A stretch of 64,000 nucleotides of DNA from Candidatus Poseidoniales archaeon (GCA_019651595.1 BOYQ01000004.1:40534-104533); one strand, 5' to 3'; positions 9,755 through 18,194 are shown, numbered from the stretch's first letter. The notes: a model not told the origin generated them from the sequence alone. Made by a program: numbers and translations.

Positions 9755-11926
9755 TCACGATTTGGGGGGCTTGGTGCCCGCCTTCTTCTCCTTCTCGGCC
9801 GACGTTGGGTCGTCGAGCAGAACGGCTTCAACCGGCTCGGTTGGCATCAGGGACCGTAGGGTGGAGGGCGGATCGATTTTCGCACCCTGAACCAGCAGAC
9901 CGATGAGAATGAGAAGCACAAGGAACGCACTGAGCGTGAACAGATTTGTATCAAAACCACCCGCTGATTCACCGCTTTCACCGGTGCCGAGGACCGTGGA
10001 GAAGACCGACAGCGAAGGAGCGCCTTGGTCGTTCAGCCCCCGGACTTCAACGGTTTGATTCCCCGCTGCGAGGACGGCGGGGTCGAGCGCAACGACCCAT
10101 TCGAAGCGCTCAAGGGCGCCCAACCCGCCCTCGACGATTTCATAGGCGGCCTCCATCCATTCGCCGTCGTTGATGCGGAACTCAACCTTGGAGACTGAAC
10201 CCGCTTGACCCCAGGCCAGACCGCGAATCTCGTGGAGGCCGGTGGTGGCGTTCACGCTCGAGTTGAGGATGTGGACTTGCGTCGAAACATCAACGCTTCC
10301 TGTCAGGTTCTCCTCAGCGAGGTACATCGCCATCTTGACGGCCTCGTAAGCGTCCACCATACCCCAGCCGAAATCACGGTTCCAGAAGGGGTCAACGTCG
10401 GGAGCGGAGGCCTCGCCTCGGCGTTCGGCCGTGAGCTTCAGAATTTCTTTCATCTCGGCCGTGGTCAGGTCAGGGTTGGCTTCGATCATCATGGCGAGGA
10501 TACCAGACACGGACGGTGTGGCGTAGGACGTACCGGAGCCGCGCCCCGTGTAGCCGTTGTCTTCGGCCGAGCCACCGAGCAGGTTGACACACCCGCTGGA
10601 GGTCACGCAGCCTTCTGCTTGGACGATGTTGGAGCCCGGGGCAGAAACCTCGGGTTTGAGTTCGTTCAACGGGTTACCGTCGCCGTTGTCTCGGCGCTGC
10701 CCACGAGAGGAATAGCCCGCAACCGTGTCGTCGCTTCGGTCAACGGTGTTCTGGTCGTCGGTGGCGCCCACCGTGATGGACAGGCTGGAGGAACCCATCC
10801 CTGAGAGGCCGTCGTTGTCCGGGCCGTCGTTGCCCGCTGCCACGCTGACCACCACGCCGAGTTCCATGGCCTCGTTGAGGATGCGGCTGTGCATGTCTTC
10901 GCCGTCCGAACCGCCGCCTTCGTGGGACGTGATGCCCCACGAGAGGGAGATGATGTCAATGCCGTAATTGGCTTCGTCCGCACCCTGCCAGGCCGTGTCC
11001 CGATTGTCGATGATCCACTGCAGTCCGTTCATGGCTGATTCATAGAACTCCTGAGCGAGCAGGTAATTCTCGAACGGACCTGCTCCTGCGTCCGTGCCGA
11101 TGCGAACGTCAACAAGGTCGGCGTCCGGCGCTGAGCCGTAAAAGTCGGTCTGTGCGCCGCTGGCGTCGATGCCCGTGGCGGCGGCCATGCCCATGCAGGC
11201 GGTGCCGTGCTGATGGCCGTCATCGGGGTCGTAAGTGCCGTCGGTTTCACGAACACCCCCGGCCGTGCAGGTTGGGTCGGAGTGCAGGTAGCAGACAGCG
11301 TCGTAGCCGGCAATGAATTTCTGGTTGAGTCCGGGGTGTTCGTTGTCCACGCCCGTGTCGACCATGGCGATGTTGACGTCCTTCCCGGTGAAGCCGAGGT
11401 CCCACGCTCCCATGGGGTAGAACGAGGAGTTTCGCGCCTTGACCGCCGGTGTTTGGATGTCGCCGTAAAGCACGATGTTGCCGTACCGTTCCACCATCAC
11501 CACGTCCTCAAGAGCGGCGAGTTGGAACACAAGGGACGCATCGACTTGACCCAGCAAGACCGCATCCACGGACTCGATCACATCAACCACGCTGAGGTTC
11601 ATCGCTTCGAGTTCGGCGAGGTGCGCTTCGTCGACGGCGACGCCGTAAGACAGGCCGATGCCGGTGGAGCCGACGTGAGTCTCGAGGCTGTCGTGAATGG
11701 CGTTTCGGTTCTGGTCGAGCGCTGTTCGCTCCCACCACGGCGTGTTGTCGTTGAGCCAGGCTGCCTCGGCCTGCTGGGGAACATCGAAACCGTAGCCAAC
11801 GGGCCTCCACTGGAGGCCTTCCGCGTCAACGGTTTCCCAACCGATCGGTTCGGATTGAACGTACAGCGAGCCGGTGACCGGCCCCATCAGCAAGGCAAGC
11901 ACGACCACGGCCAACGTTCGACGCAT
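9755..11926 (-). CDS. Secreted subtilisin-like serine protease (peptidase S8) with C-terminal TM anchor
   Basis: Signal peptide MRRTLAVVVLALLMGPVTGS. Catalytic triad motifs IAMVDTGVD (Asp), HGTACMGMAAATG (His) and GSGTSYATPSVSGILAMM (Ser). Late TM helix FTLSAFLVLLILIGLLV. Confidence 0.9.
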   Translation of the reverse strand: MRRTLAVVVLALLMGPVTGSLYVQSEPIGWETVDAEGLQWRPVGYGFDVPQQAEAAWLNDNTPWWERTALDQNRNAIHDSLETHVGSTGIGLSYGVAVDEAHLAELEAMNLSVVDVIESVDAVLLGQVDASLVFQLAALEDVVMVERYGNIVLYGDIQTPAVKARNSSFYPMGAWDLGFTGKDVNIAMVDTGVDNEHPGLNQKFIAGYDAVCYLHSDPTCTAGGVRETDGTYDPDDGHQHGTACMGMAAATGIDASGAQTDFYGSAPDADLVDVRIGTDAGAGPFENYLLAQEFYESAMNGLQWIIDNRDTAWQGADEANYGIDIISLSWGITSHEGGGSDGEDMHSRILNEAMELGVVVSVAAGNDGPDNDGLSGMGSSSLSITVGATDDQNTVDRSDDTVAGYSSRGQRRDNGDGNPLNELKPEVSAPGSNIVQAEGCVTSSGCVNLLGGSAEDNGYTGRGSGTSYATPSVSGILAMMIEANPDLTTAEMKEILKLTAERRGEASAPDVDPFWNRDFGWGMVDAYEAVKMAMYLAEENLTGSVDVSTQVHILNSSVNATTGLHEIRGLAWGQAGSVSKVEFRINDGEWMEAAYEIVEGGLGALERFEWVVALDPAVLAAGNQTVEVRGLNDQGAPSLSVFSTVLGTGESGESAGGFDTNLFTLSAFLVLLILIGLLVQGAKIDPPSTLRSLMPTEPVEAVLLDDPTSAEKEKKAGTKPPKS

Positions 11927-12024
11927 GTTCTTCCCCAACCACCCCGAGCCTCGTGTTCGGCATCAACCTAACGCTACCTCTGCCGACGAACGCACACCGT
12001 GTCCGGGGTCGTGCCGGGCGAATC

Positions 12025-12037
12025 TTTTATTGAAAGA
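12025..12037 (+). promoter_or_regulatory. TATA-box-like element TTTTATTGAAAGA upstream of the 12055 gene
   Basis: AT-rich motif in otherwise GC-rich DNA, about 20-30 nt upstream of ATG 12055. This spacing fits a short-leader or leaderless archaeal transcript. It shares ATTGAAAGA with the sucC upstream region. Confidence 0.35.
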
Positions 12038-12054
12038 AATGGGGATGAGGGCTC

Positions 12055-13548
12055 ATGGAACCACGCCACAAGTTCGGAAACCTCACGCTGCTGCTGGCGC
12101 TGGCCTCCCTTACGCTGGGTGCATTTTCGCTGGGTTCGGTTTGGGCAACGGCCGAAGACAGTCATGTGACGGAGGTCTACGACCCTGATTTCGAGACGGT
12201 CGATGTGACCGTTGTGACGTTGACGGCTGACTTTGAACTGAAGGAAATTGAGTCGGTTTTGACCATTCAGGACACGTACTTTTTCGGATCATCTGAGGCC
12301 TTCGCCGATAGCAAGACCTACGAGGCAATCGCAGAATCCACCAACGGCGATGTCAAAACAACGTTCGAAGACATGGATCGGGCTGGGTCGGTCGCCTCCC
12401 TCTTGATTTGGATGGGCCTCATCGGCTTGTTTCTAACCGCTGCCCTGTCCGTTGCGTCACTCGGGCAGATCACGAACAGCCGACTGACAACCCTTTGCGG
12501 CGGCTTCGCTGCAAGCACCACGATGTTGGCTCCCATCGTGTGGTATGTTCTCCTCCCGTCGAGCGGTACGTACGCTTACGTGGACGATTCTTTGTTTGGA
12601 TTCCTCTTTGCCTCGGAGGAATACACGGTGACGTTCGAGCCGTCACCGTCCCGCGGATTGTTGTTGTCCCTTCTCAGCGGAGTTTGTTCTGTCGCCATGG
12701 TCGTCATGATTTATTTCCACAATCAGGCCGACCCCGCGAATGAAAAACCCGGGTGGATGAAATCCATTCATCGCCTCGTGTCGCAAAGCGAAGACGATGT
12801 TGAGAAGCCCCCAACCTTTACCGAACGGAAAGAACATGCCGGACGCCTGCTGAGAGAATACGCATCAACGTACAAATCCAATCGAAAAATGCAATTCGCT
12901 TCGGTGCTCATCGTCATCGCAATCAGTGCCTATCCAATGTATTCCTTCTTCAGCGATTGGTTGGAAGAAGAGGATGCCTACCAGCGAGAATTGTACTACG
13001 GCATATACGGAGAGTACAGTTTCATAACGTGGTACGAAAGTGATGTGGAATTAACTGAAGGAGAGAGCCTGACACTTTCCTTTACTGAGGAGGATTTCCC
13101 AGAGGAAGCGTTGACCCGAAACGTCGTCGGTGTGAATTTGTTGATTGAGTTGTACGATAATTGGCAAGGCGATAACGAAGAAACGAGCGGCGTAGGTTGC
13201 GTTGCTGACCCCGGCGAAGCGGCGTTCGATTCAGCCTCGTTCACGGCCGAGACGCCCAACGGTAGTGCGTCCGATCAGACACAGGACTATGCTGACGCTT
13301 ACTTCCTTCTTGCGGACTTTCCGAATTTTGGCGTCCAACCCTATGTCACGGGCTACACCGTTGCAGAGTTGGAAGCCATGTACGACGCATCGGAGGAGGT
13401 GGTCGGCAACTACCAGTTCACGGTCACCGGAGACCCCGAAGCAGGCGAAGACACCATTCAGTGCCAGCGGGACGACTCCAGCGTGACCGTTCGTGTCTAT
13501 ATTGAGCTCCTTGTTTACGATGTGAACATCGTCGAAGCGACGGTTTGA
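12055..13548 (+). CDS. Secreted/membrane protein, unknown function
   Basis: 497-aa ORF with ATG start and signal-like N-terminus NLTLLLALASLTLGAFSLGSVWA. Several internal TM helices and an acidic C-terminal domain. No family recognised. Confidence 0.6.
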   Translation: MEPRHKFGNLTLLLALASLTLGAFSLGSVWATAEDSHVTEVYDPDFETVDVTVVTLTADFELKEIESVLTIQDTYFFGSSEAFADSKTYEAIAESTNGDVKTTFEDMDRAGSVASLLIWMGLIGLFLTAALSVASLGQITNSRLTTLCGGFAASTTMLAPIVWYVLLPSSGTYAYVDDSLFGFLFASEEYTVTFEPSPSRGLLLSLLSGVCSVAMVVMIYFHNQADPANEKPGWMKSIHRLVSQSEDDVEKPPTFTERKEHAGRLLREYASTYKSNRKMQFASVLIVIAISAYPMYSFFSDWLEEEDAYQRELYYGIYGEYSFITWYESDVELTEGESLTLSFTEEDFPEEALTRNVVGVNLLIELYDNWQGDNEETSGVGCVADPGEAAFDSASFTAETPNGSASDQTQDYADAYFLLADFPNFGVQPYVTGYTVAELEAMYDASEEVVGNYQFTVTGDPEAGEDTIQCQRDDSSVTVRVYIELLVYDVNIVEATV

Positions 13549-13550
13549 GG

Positions 13551-13730
13551 TGGGAGCAGAGGGATTTGAACCCCCCCCAGCGGATTTCTTCTGAAACTGC
13601 GCATCAGATGGGCAGTCTGCAGGATTGCAACGGGTCGGCGCTCCAGTTGGTCATCAACTTCAGCAAACCCACTCGTCGTCATTCCCGTGCAACTGGAGCC
13701 CGCGATACTACCAAGCTATACTATACTCCC
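13551..13730 (-). tRNA. tRNA-Trp (anticodon CCA) with 107-nt intron after position 37
   Basis: Exon 1 (13730-13693): GGGAGTA TA GTAT AGCTTGGTA GTAT C GCGGG CTCCAG. Exon 2 (13585-13551): A TCCGC TGGG GGGGG TTCAAAT CCCTC TGCTCCC A. Acceptor, anticodon and T stems pair (with G-U wobbles). Anticodon CCA is at 13696-13694. Confidence 0.8.
13586..13692 (-). ncRNA. tRNA-Trp intron carrying box C/D sRNA-like motifs
   Basis: Motifs on the minus strand: AUGACGA (13682-13676), 12-nt spacer, CUGA (13663-13660), UGAUGA (13656-13651), 12-nt CCAACUGGAGCG (13650-13639), CCGA (13638-13635), and CUGA (13607-13604). The 13649-13640 segment is 10/10 complementary to GCUCCAG|UUG spanning the anticodon loop and exon-intron junction. 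Confidence 0.45.
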
Positions 13731-13750
13731 GTGTGTTGTTACAACTGGCA

Positions 13751-13858
13751 TCAGCTCTTGGCCTGTCGGCGTGCACGCTTTCGGCGTCGCAATTTCTTCT
13801 TGCGCCACTTCCACCGTTGGTTGCCGGTTTTCTTCCAAGCACGTGAACCTCGCTTCAT
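13751..13858 (-). CDS. rpl41e: Ribosomal protein L41e (35 aa; below ORF-track size cut-off)
   Basis: Hand translation: MKRGSRAWKKTGNQRWKWRKKKLRRRKRARRQAKS*. It matches the archaeal L41e pattern (..RKWKKKGRMRWKW.KKR.RRLKR.R..). Confidence 0.65.
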   Translation of the reverse strand: MKRGSRAWKKTGNQRWKWRKKKLRRRKRARRQAKS

Positions 13859-13884
13859 GGTGAACAGCCTTCCCACTTACCTTC

Positions 13885-13893
13885 CCTATATGA
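13885..13893 (-). promoter_or_regulatory. TATA-like element (TCATATAGG on minus strand) upstream of rpl41e
   Basis: 27-35 nt upstream of ATG 13858. Confidence 0.35.
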
Positions 13894-13965
13894 GAGCATC
13901 GGGGACCGCACACCGTTCCTTGAAGCCTTTTCTTTCCGAGTAATTCAGCAATCGTAGGCCGGCCT

Positions 13966-14208
13966 TCAGATGACGTCAATTCGCACCGGACTCATGTCCT
14001 GGCGAGAGGCGTCATCGTTCGATTTGGGCTGAGTCCTGAAGAGCAGAACGCAGAAGATCGTGCAGACGAGCGGCGGCATCAGAAGCGGCAGGAAGGTCGT
14101 GAGCGATTGCTGGATGAAGATGGCAATCACACCAAGAAATCCGAACACGATCCCGAGTCCGTTTGCAAGCGGCACGGCGGCAGTTTGGTCCATTTTGTTG
14201 GGCAGCAT
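13966..14208 (-). CDS. Small two-helix membrane protein, unknown function
   Basis: MLPNKMDQTAAVPLANGLGIVFGFLGVIAIFIQQSLTTFLPLLMPPLVCTIFCVLLF. The ORF-track start 14217 is TTG; the first ATG is at 14208. Confidence 0.45.
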   Translation of the reverse strand: MLPNKMDQTAAVPLANGLGIVFGFLGVIAIFIQQSLTTFLPLLMPPLVCTIFCVLLFRTQPKSNDDASRQDMSPVRIDVI

Positions 14209-14351
14209 AATTTTCAAACGCCATTGCGGGGTTTATATTGCTGTGTATTTTTTTCGAGCGGTCTGGTGGTTCACCCACCGTCTCGACGGTATCGATACAG
14301 GACAACTGCATGAACAACGCCATGCAGAGATCCGAATCCGGTTGGCTCCAA

Positions 14352-15236
14352 CTACCCGTATTTGTTCGGATGCGGCTGGCTAGGAAGAAGCGACATCACG
14401 AACAGAATCAACCAGCCGACGTACGGAACGAAAAACGCAAGGAGCACCCACCAGCCCGACGCGCCGATGTCATGCAAACGGCGTATCTGCTGGCTGAGGA
14501 GCGGAATCAACAGGACGAGCATGACCGTGATCAGGCCCATCGAACCCATCAGCCACCCCTCGTTGGAGCCCGCATCGGCGGCGGCAAAAATAAACACGGA
14601 AAAGAAGCCAAGCGTGAAAGCGAGCATGAGATAATACAGAAGGGCACCCCACCAAAATTCGCTCCGCTGGCACCTTCCCTCTCCGTTCCAACTCCTGATG
14701 GTTCGCCGCAGAGCGGTCATCGGGTCAACCGCTTGAAGATTCAGATACGGATTCAACCGGCCATCCACCACTTGATTGGGGTTGGCTCGTCCGAAACCGA
14801 CGAATTGCTGGTTTGTTGGGGCTCGGCTGGAGGCTTGTTGAACGTGACCCACCACCACCTGGGTTGGTTTCGCAACGACCTGGGTTGCTGGTCGAGGTTG
14901 AGCCATCGTGGTTTGGGGTTGTTTCAAACCCGGAGGGGCGTTGGGGATGGGGGCGCCCACAAATTCCCCGATGTGCTCGGAACAGTACGGCTTTTCTCCG
15001 GGCCCTCGTTCCGCTCGAAAGAAGGATTCGCAATTTCTGCAGAAAAGGGTCTCGCATCCCTCCTTGAAACAGTAGAGCCCCGGGTTGACTTTGGCGTCAA
15101 TGGGTGTTTTGCACATGCTGCAGTGCTCGGTTTGACTCCCCGAATTGATGACGATGTCGCCCGTCGTGGGACCGATGGCGTTATGCCCGACCTGCACCGA
15201 ATCGGTGAGGTTGACCCCTGGCGCCTTTGGTTCCAT
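14352..15236 (-). CDS. Cys-rich zinc-finger N-domain fused to DUF805-type membrane domain
   Basis: N-terminus HCSMCKTPIDAKVNPGLYCFKEGCETLFCRNCESFF..YCSEH. C-terminus RSEFWWGALLYYLMLAFTLGFF...QQIRRLHDIGASGWWVLLAFFVPYVGWLILFVM (DUF805/YhaH-like signature RRLHD.G.SGWW). Confidence 0.7.
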   Translation of the reverse strand: MEPKAPGVNLTDSVQVGHNAIGPTTGDIVINSGSQTEHCSMCKTPIDAKVNPGLYCFKEGCETLFCRNCESFFRAERGPGEKPYCSEHIGEFVGAPIPNAPPGLKQPQTTMAQPRPATQVVAKPTQVVVGHVQQASSRAPTNQQFVGFGRANPNQVVDGRLNPYLNLQAVDPMTALRRTIRSWNGEGRCQRSEFWWGALLYYLMLAFTLGFFSVFIFAAADAGSNEGWLMGSMGLITVMLVLLIPLLSQQIRRLHDIGASGWWVLLAFFVPYVGWLILFVMSLLPSQPHPNKYG

Positions 15237-15259
15237 TGGAAATCACTCGGACCTCGTGG

Positions 15260-16483
15260 TTAATCGTCTTTGTACGCGTCTTTTTGACCGGCCACATCCG
15301 CCTTGCGGAGTTCGGCCAACTGTTTGAGCGCCTCCAACTTCACGGCGGGATCGTCCGATGATGCAGCGATGTCTTCGAGAACGGCAATCGTGGATTGCGA
15401 ACCCTTGGCGTGTTGCTCAAGTCGCTGTTGTTCTTGCTCGTTTTGGAGCTGCATGCGGTCTCGCTTGCGGGCTTGGACCTGCTCAAACATTTCCATGGCC
15501 CTGTTCATCTTCTGCTCTTCAGCATCTTGTGCGACGGAGGCGAGGGCTTTCTGCCGCTCGGCTTCGAGCTTGGCCAGTTCAACGTCCGTTTGGGCGTTTT
15601 TGATGGCCTCATCACGGGAAGCGGCCGATTGTTGGTCGCGCAGTTCCTGTTGCTGGCGCCACTGTTGCAGGTTGTACTCACCTGCCCCTTTGAGTCGGTC
15701 AAGTTCCAATTTGAGTTCAGCCGCTTCCTTGGCCTGAACGCCGACGAGTTCCATACGGGCGTTCACCTCGTGTTTCCGCTGTTCGGTCTTGATGATATGG
15801 TCGAGCTCAACGGCTTGCTTGTCCGATTCAATGTCCTTGGAGAGTTGCAAACGCTCCAAGTCGTGCTGATGCTGAAGTTGTTGCTCAGCAGCGGTGCTGC
15901 TCCACGTGATGAAGCCGCTCCGGTAGGCCAAACCGTGCTCGTCCAAGGTTGCGCGCAACGCTGTTTTGACGGCGTACATGACGTCCTCATTGGCCTGAAC
16001 CGTGCGCATCGTCGTGGCGTCCATGCCCCGGAGGTGCTGCAGTGCAGCAGCACTTGCAGCGGGGGAGAGCAGCGCAGCGATGTCCTTCGCCTGAACGGTC
16101 ATGGTGCCCTTGGCAGGAAAGGAGATGAGGCGGGGGGCGGTTTCCCGAGTGACCTCGAGTTTCATCGTGATCAGGCAGTTGATTTCGTCACCGCTGGCGG
16201 CCGTTCCTCGGACCTGAACGAGGACGGCGTGGGGTCCGGTGAAAGCGAACATGAACGAACGAACAGGGTTGGTTTTGCCAAACACTTTGCTGAACAGGCC
16301 AATTTGCGGACTGACCTCCATGTGGGTTTGAGAGACAGACCCGACGATCTTGCCGTTTTCCAACACCACGCACACCTCATTGGGCTTGAGCGTGACCTCG
16401 GCTTGCCGGGGGACATCGGCGTCGTTCATGTAGTGGGCGATCACGGTTGGGTTGGTTCTCCATCTGAAATGCATGTTGTTCAC
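15260..16483 (-). CDS. SPFH/Band-7-like domain protein with long Q/E/K-rich coiled-coil C-terminus
   Basis: The N-terminal ~190 aa resemble the Band_7_1/YdjI-type SPFH domain (..KPNEVCVVLENGKIVG..AFTGPHAVLVQVRGTAASGDEINCLITMKLEV..). The remainder is heptad-like (ELKLELDRLK, LAKLEAERQKAL, QLQNEQEQQRLEQ). The GTG start at 16483 overlaps the upstream stop (GTGA); ATG 16474 is an alternative. Confidence 0.55.
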   Translation of the reverse strand: MNNMHFRWRTNPTVIAHYMNDADVPRQAEVTLKPNEVCVVLENGKIVGSVSQTHMEVSPQIGLFSKVFGKTNPVRSFMFAFTGPHAVLVQVRGTAASGDEINCLITMKLEVTRETAPRLISFPAKGTMTVQAKDIAALLSPAASAAALQHLRGMDATTMRTVQANEDVMYAVKTALRATLDEHGLAYRSGFITWSSTAAEQQLQHQHDLERLQLSKDIESDKQAVELDHIIKTEQRKHEVNARMELVGVQAKEAAELKLELDRLKGAGEYNLQQWRQQQELRDQQSAASRDEAIKNAQTDVELAKLEAERQKALASVAQDAEEQKMNRAMEMFEQVQARKRDRMQLQNEQEQQRLEQHAKGSQSTIAVLEDIAASSDDPAVKLEALKQLAELRKADVAGQKDAYKDD

Positions 16484-17007
16484 CTCTTGGTCAGTCCATC
16501 GATGTACATGTTCCTCTCCAGGTACATGTTTCGAGTTCGCGTCAGTTTTTGATGCCAGTCAGCGATTCGGGCGTTCACGGCATCATGGTTCAAATCGCTC
16601 ATTCCATCGGCCAACTCGTTGGCCATGCGGGTCGTTTCCACAAGGGCTTGCAGCACCTCACTGTCGTGGTTGACCAACTTGCGAACGGCTTTGGCCTTGA
16701 GTTTTCCAATACCCGTGTGCTGAGAAACGTGATTGCTGGTGATGGAGAATTGGGCCTCGTTGCGAAGGATGTTAATGGATTCAATCATGCTCTCGAGGCT
16801 GCTTCGACCACTTCGGTTGCCGACGGCATGGACATCGCCCTGCAGTTTTTCCGCATGACGAGCAAGCATCTCGCACCGTCGTTGAATTTCAGCACGGACA
16901 GCTTCGTCCGATTTCATGAACCGTCCTTTCTCGTAGCCGTCGTAGGCAGAAATCAACGCACGGACGCCTTGGACGGCGGCGGCCAAGGTGGAGGTGCTCA
17001 CGTCCAT
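16480..17007 (-). CDS. Helical protein of unknown function, translationally coupled to the SPFH-like gene
   Basis: 175-aa ORF with ATG start. Predicted all-helical. 4-nt overlap with the downstream gene. Confidence 0.5.
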   Translation of the reverse strand: MDVSTSTLAAAVQGVRALISAYDGYEKGRFMKSDEAVRAEIQRRCEMLARHAEKLQGDVHAVGNRSGRSSLESMIESINILRNEAQFSITSNHVSQHTGIGKLKAKAVRKLVNHDSEVLQALVETTRMANELADGMSDLNHDAVNARIADWHQKLTRTRNMYLERNMYIDGLTKR

Positions 17008-17028
17008 GGACTAAAGAGGCTCATTCTC

Positions 17029-17038
17029 CCATATAGTT
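17029..17038 (-). promoter_or_regulatory. TATA-like element (AACTATATGG on minus strand) upstream of the 17007 gene
   Basis: 22-31 nt upstream of ATG 17007. Confidence 0.35.
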
Positions 17039-17106
17039 CCCTTGTTGTTCCTGCGTTCATTTGCTCAAACCGAAGATTTGGTTAGCCCTTGGTGCGTGAG
17101 ACCGTC

Positions 17107-18189
17107 ATGGCCGACCCGTTGTTCAGCCCCGACGGCAAGTGGATGTGGTCAGGGAGTGAATGGATACCCGCCCCACCCGGCCACGGGTCGCAGCAACTCA
17201 ACATGCAAGACTCGGTCATCGGTGGCGACGTGGTCCACAACACGACCATTCACAACGACCCAACGGCCGTCACCGAAGCGGTGATTTCCGCACTGCAGCA
17301 GATGGGCATGCTTGGACAGGTGGTTGAGCAAGCCCCTCCAGCGGCGCCCGAGGTTGTGTTGCCGCCGCAACTTTCGCCTGGTGACAGGGTGTTCGTAAAC
17401 TGGAAGAATTACGGGCATTTCTACGCCGGTCAGGTGGCCCAACGTCATGCAGACGGCACCTACCTCATCCATTTTGATGACGGCGACGTCGAGGACCGCG
17501 TCAACATGGACCGTATCAAACCGCTTGACGAGGCCTCCGAAGAGGTCCAAGCCTACATTGAACACGACAACGAAGCGGAACGCGACCTCATCGAAGCCTT
17601 CCAGGTCTTCGACACCAACAACACGGGAACGATTCCTGCTCGCGAGTACCTGCGGATCCTGACCGAAATTGGCGACGACCCCGTTCCCGTTGAAGATGTG
17701 CTGAATGAATTCGTCGACCTCGGCATCGAACTGGACTCCGAGATCGACTACCGAGCCCTGGCGAAGTTCATGGTGGCCTCCGAACTTGGTGACCCACACC
17801 CTCAAGCGAAACAAGAAGTGGTTGTTCACGACGCTGCCATCGACGGTGATCGACTCTCCGCCTACGCCTACGACCACCCAAAACTCGGCGAAGGGCGCCT
17901 CAATTCATCCACTATCGTCTCCGTAACCTACGACGAGCGGGCCACCGCCCGTGTTGAAACACAAAACACCGTCTTCATCGTCGGCCCAACCGGTTGGAGT
18001 GAACGCCCTGCAGACCATCCCTTCAACAACCCATTTACCGTTGGCCAGCGGGTGAAGATTGAATGGGAGGGAACATGGTGGGACGGCCAAATCTTGGAGG
18101 TCAACGGCGACTCGTACTTCATCACGTACGAGAACTACAGCTCATCGTGGAACGAATGGGTTGACGCGTCCCGCCTCAAGTCCGAGTGA
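17107..18189 (+). CDS. Tudor/Agenet-like - EF-hand pair - Tudor/Agenet-like domain protein
   Basis: GDRVFVNWKNYGHFYAGQVAQRHADGTYLIHFDDGDVEDRVNMDRIKPL (Tudor-like). LIEAFQVFDTNNTGTIPAREYLRILTEIG...IDYRALAKFM (calmodulin-like EF-hand pair; loop DTNNTGTIPARE). GQRVKIEWEGTWWDGQILEVNGDSYFITYENYSSSWNEWVDASRLK (Tudor/Agenet-like). ATG at 17107; the track start 17089 is TTG. Confidence 0.7.
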   Translation: MADPLFSPDGKWMWSGSEWIPAPPGHGSQQLNMQDSVIGGDVVHNTTIHNDPTAVTEAVISALQQMGMLGQVVEQAPPAAPEVVLPPQLSPGDRVFVNWKNYGHFYAGQVAQRHADGTYLIHFDDGDVEDRVNMDRIKPLDEASEEVQAYIEHDNEAERDLIEAFQVFDTNNTGTIPAREYLRILTEIGDDPVPVEDVLNEFVDLGIELDSEIDYRALAKFMVASELGDPHPQAKQEVVVHDAAIDGDRLSAYAYDHPKLGEGRLNSSTIVSVTYDERATARVETQNTVFIVGPTGWSERPADHPFNNPFTVGQRVKIEWEGTWWDGQILEVNGDSYFITYENYSSSWNEWVDASRLKSE

Positions 18190-18194
18190 GCGTG

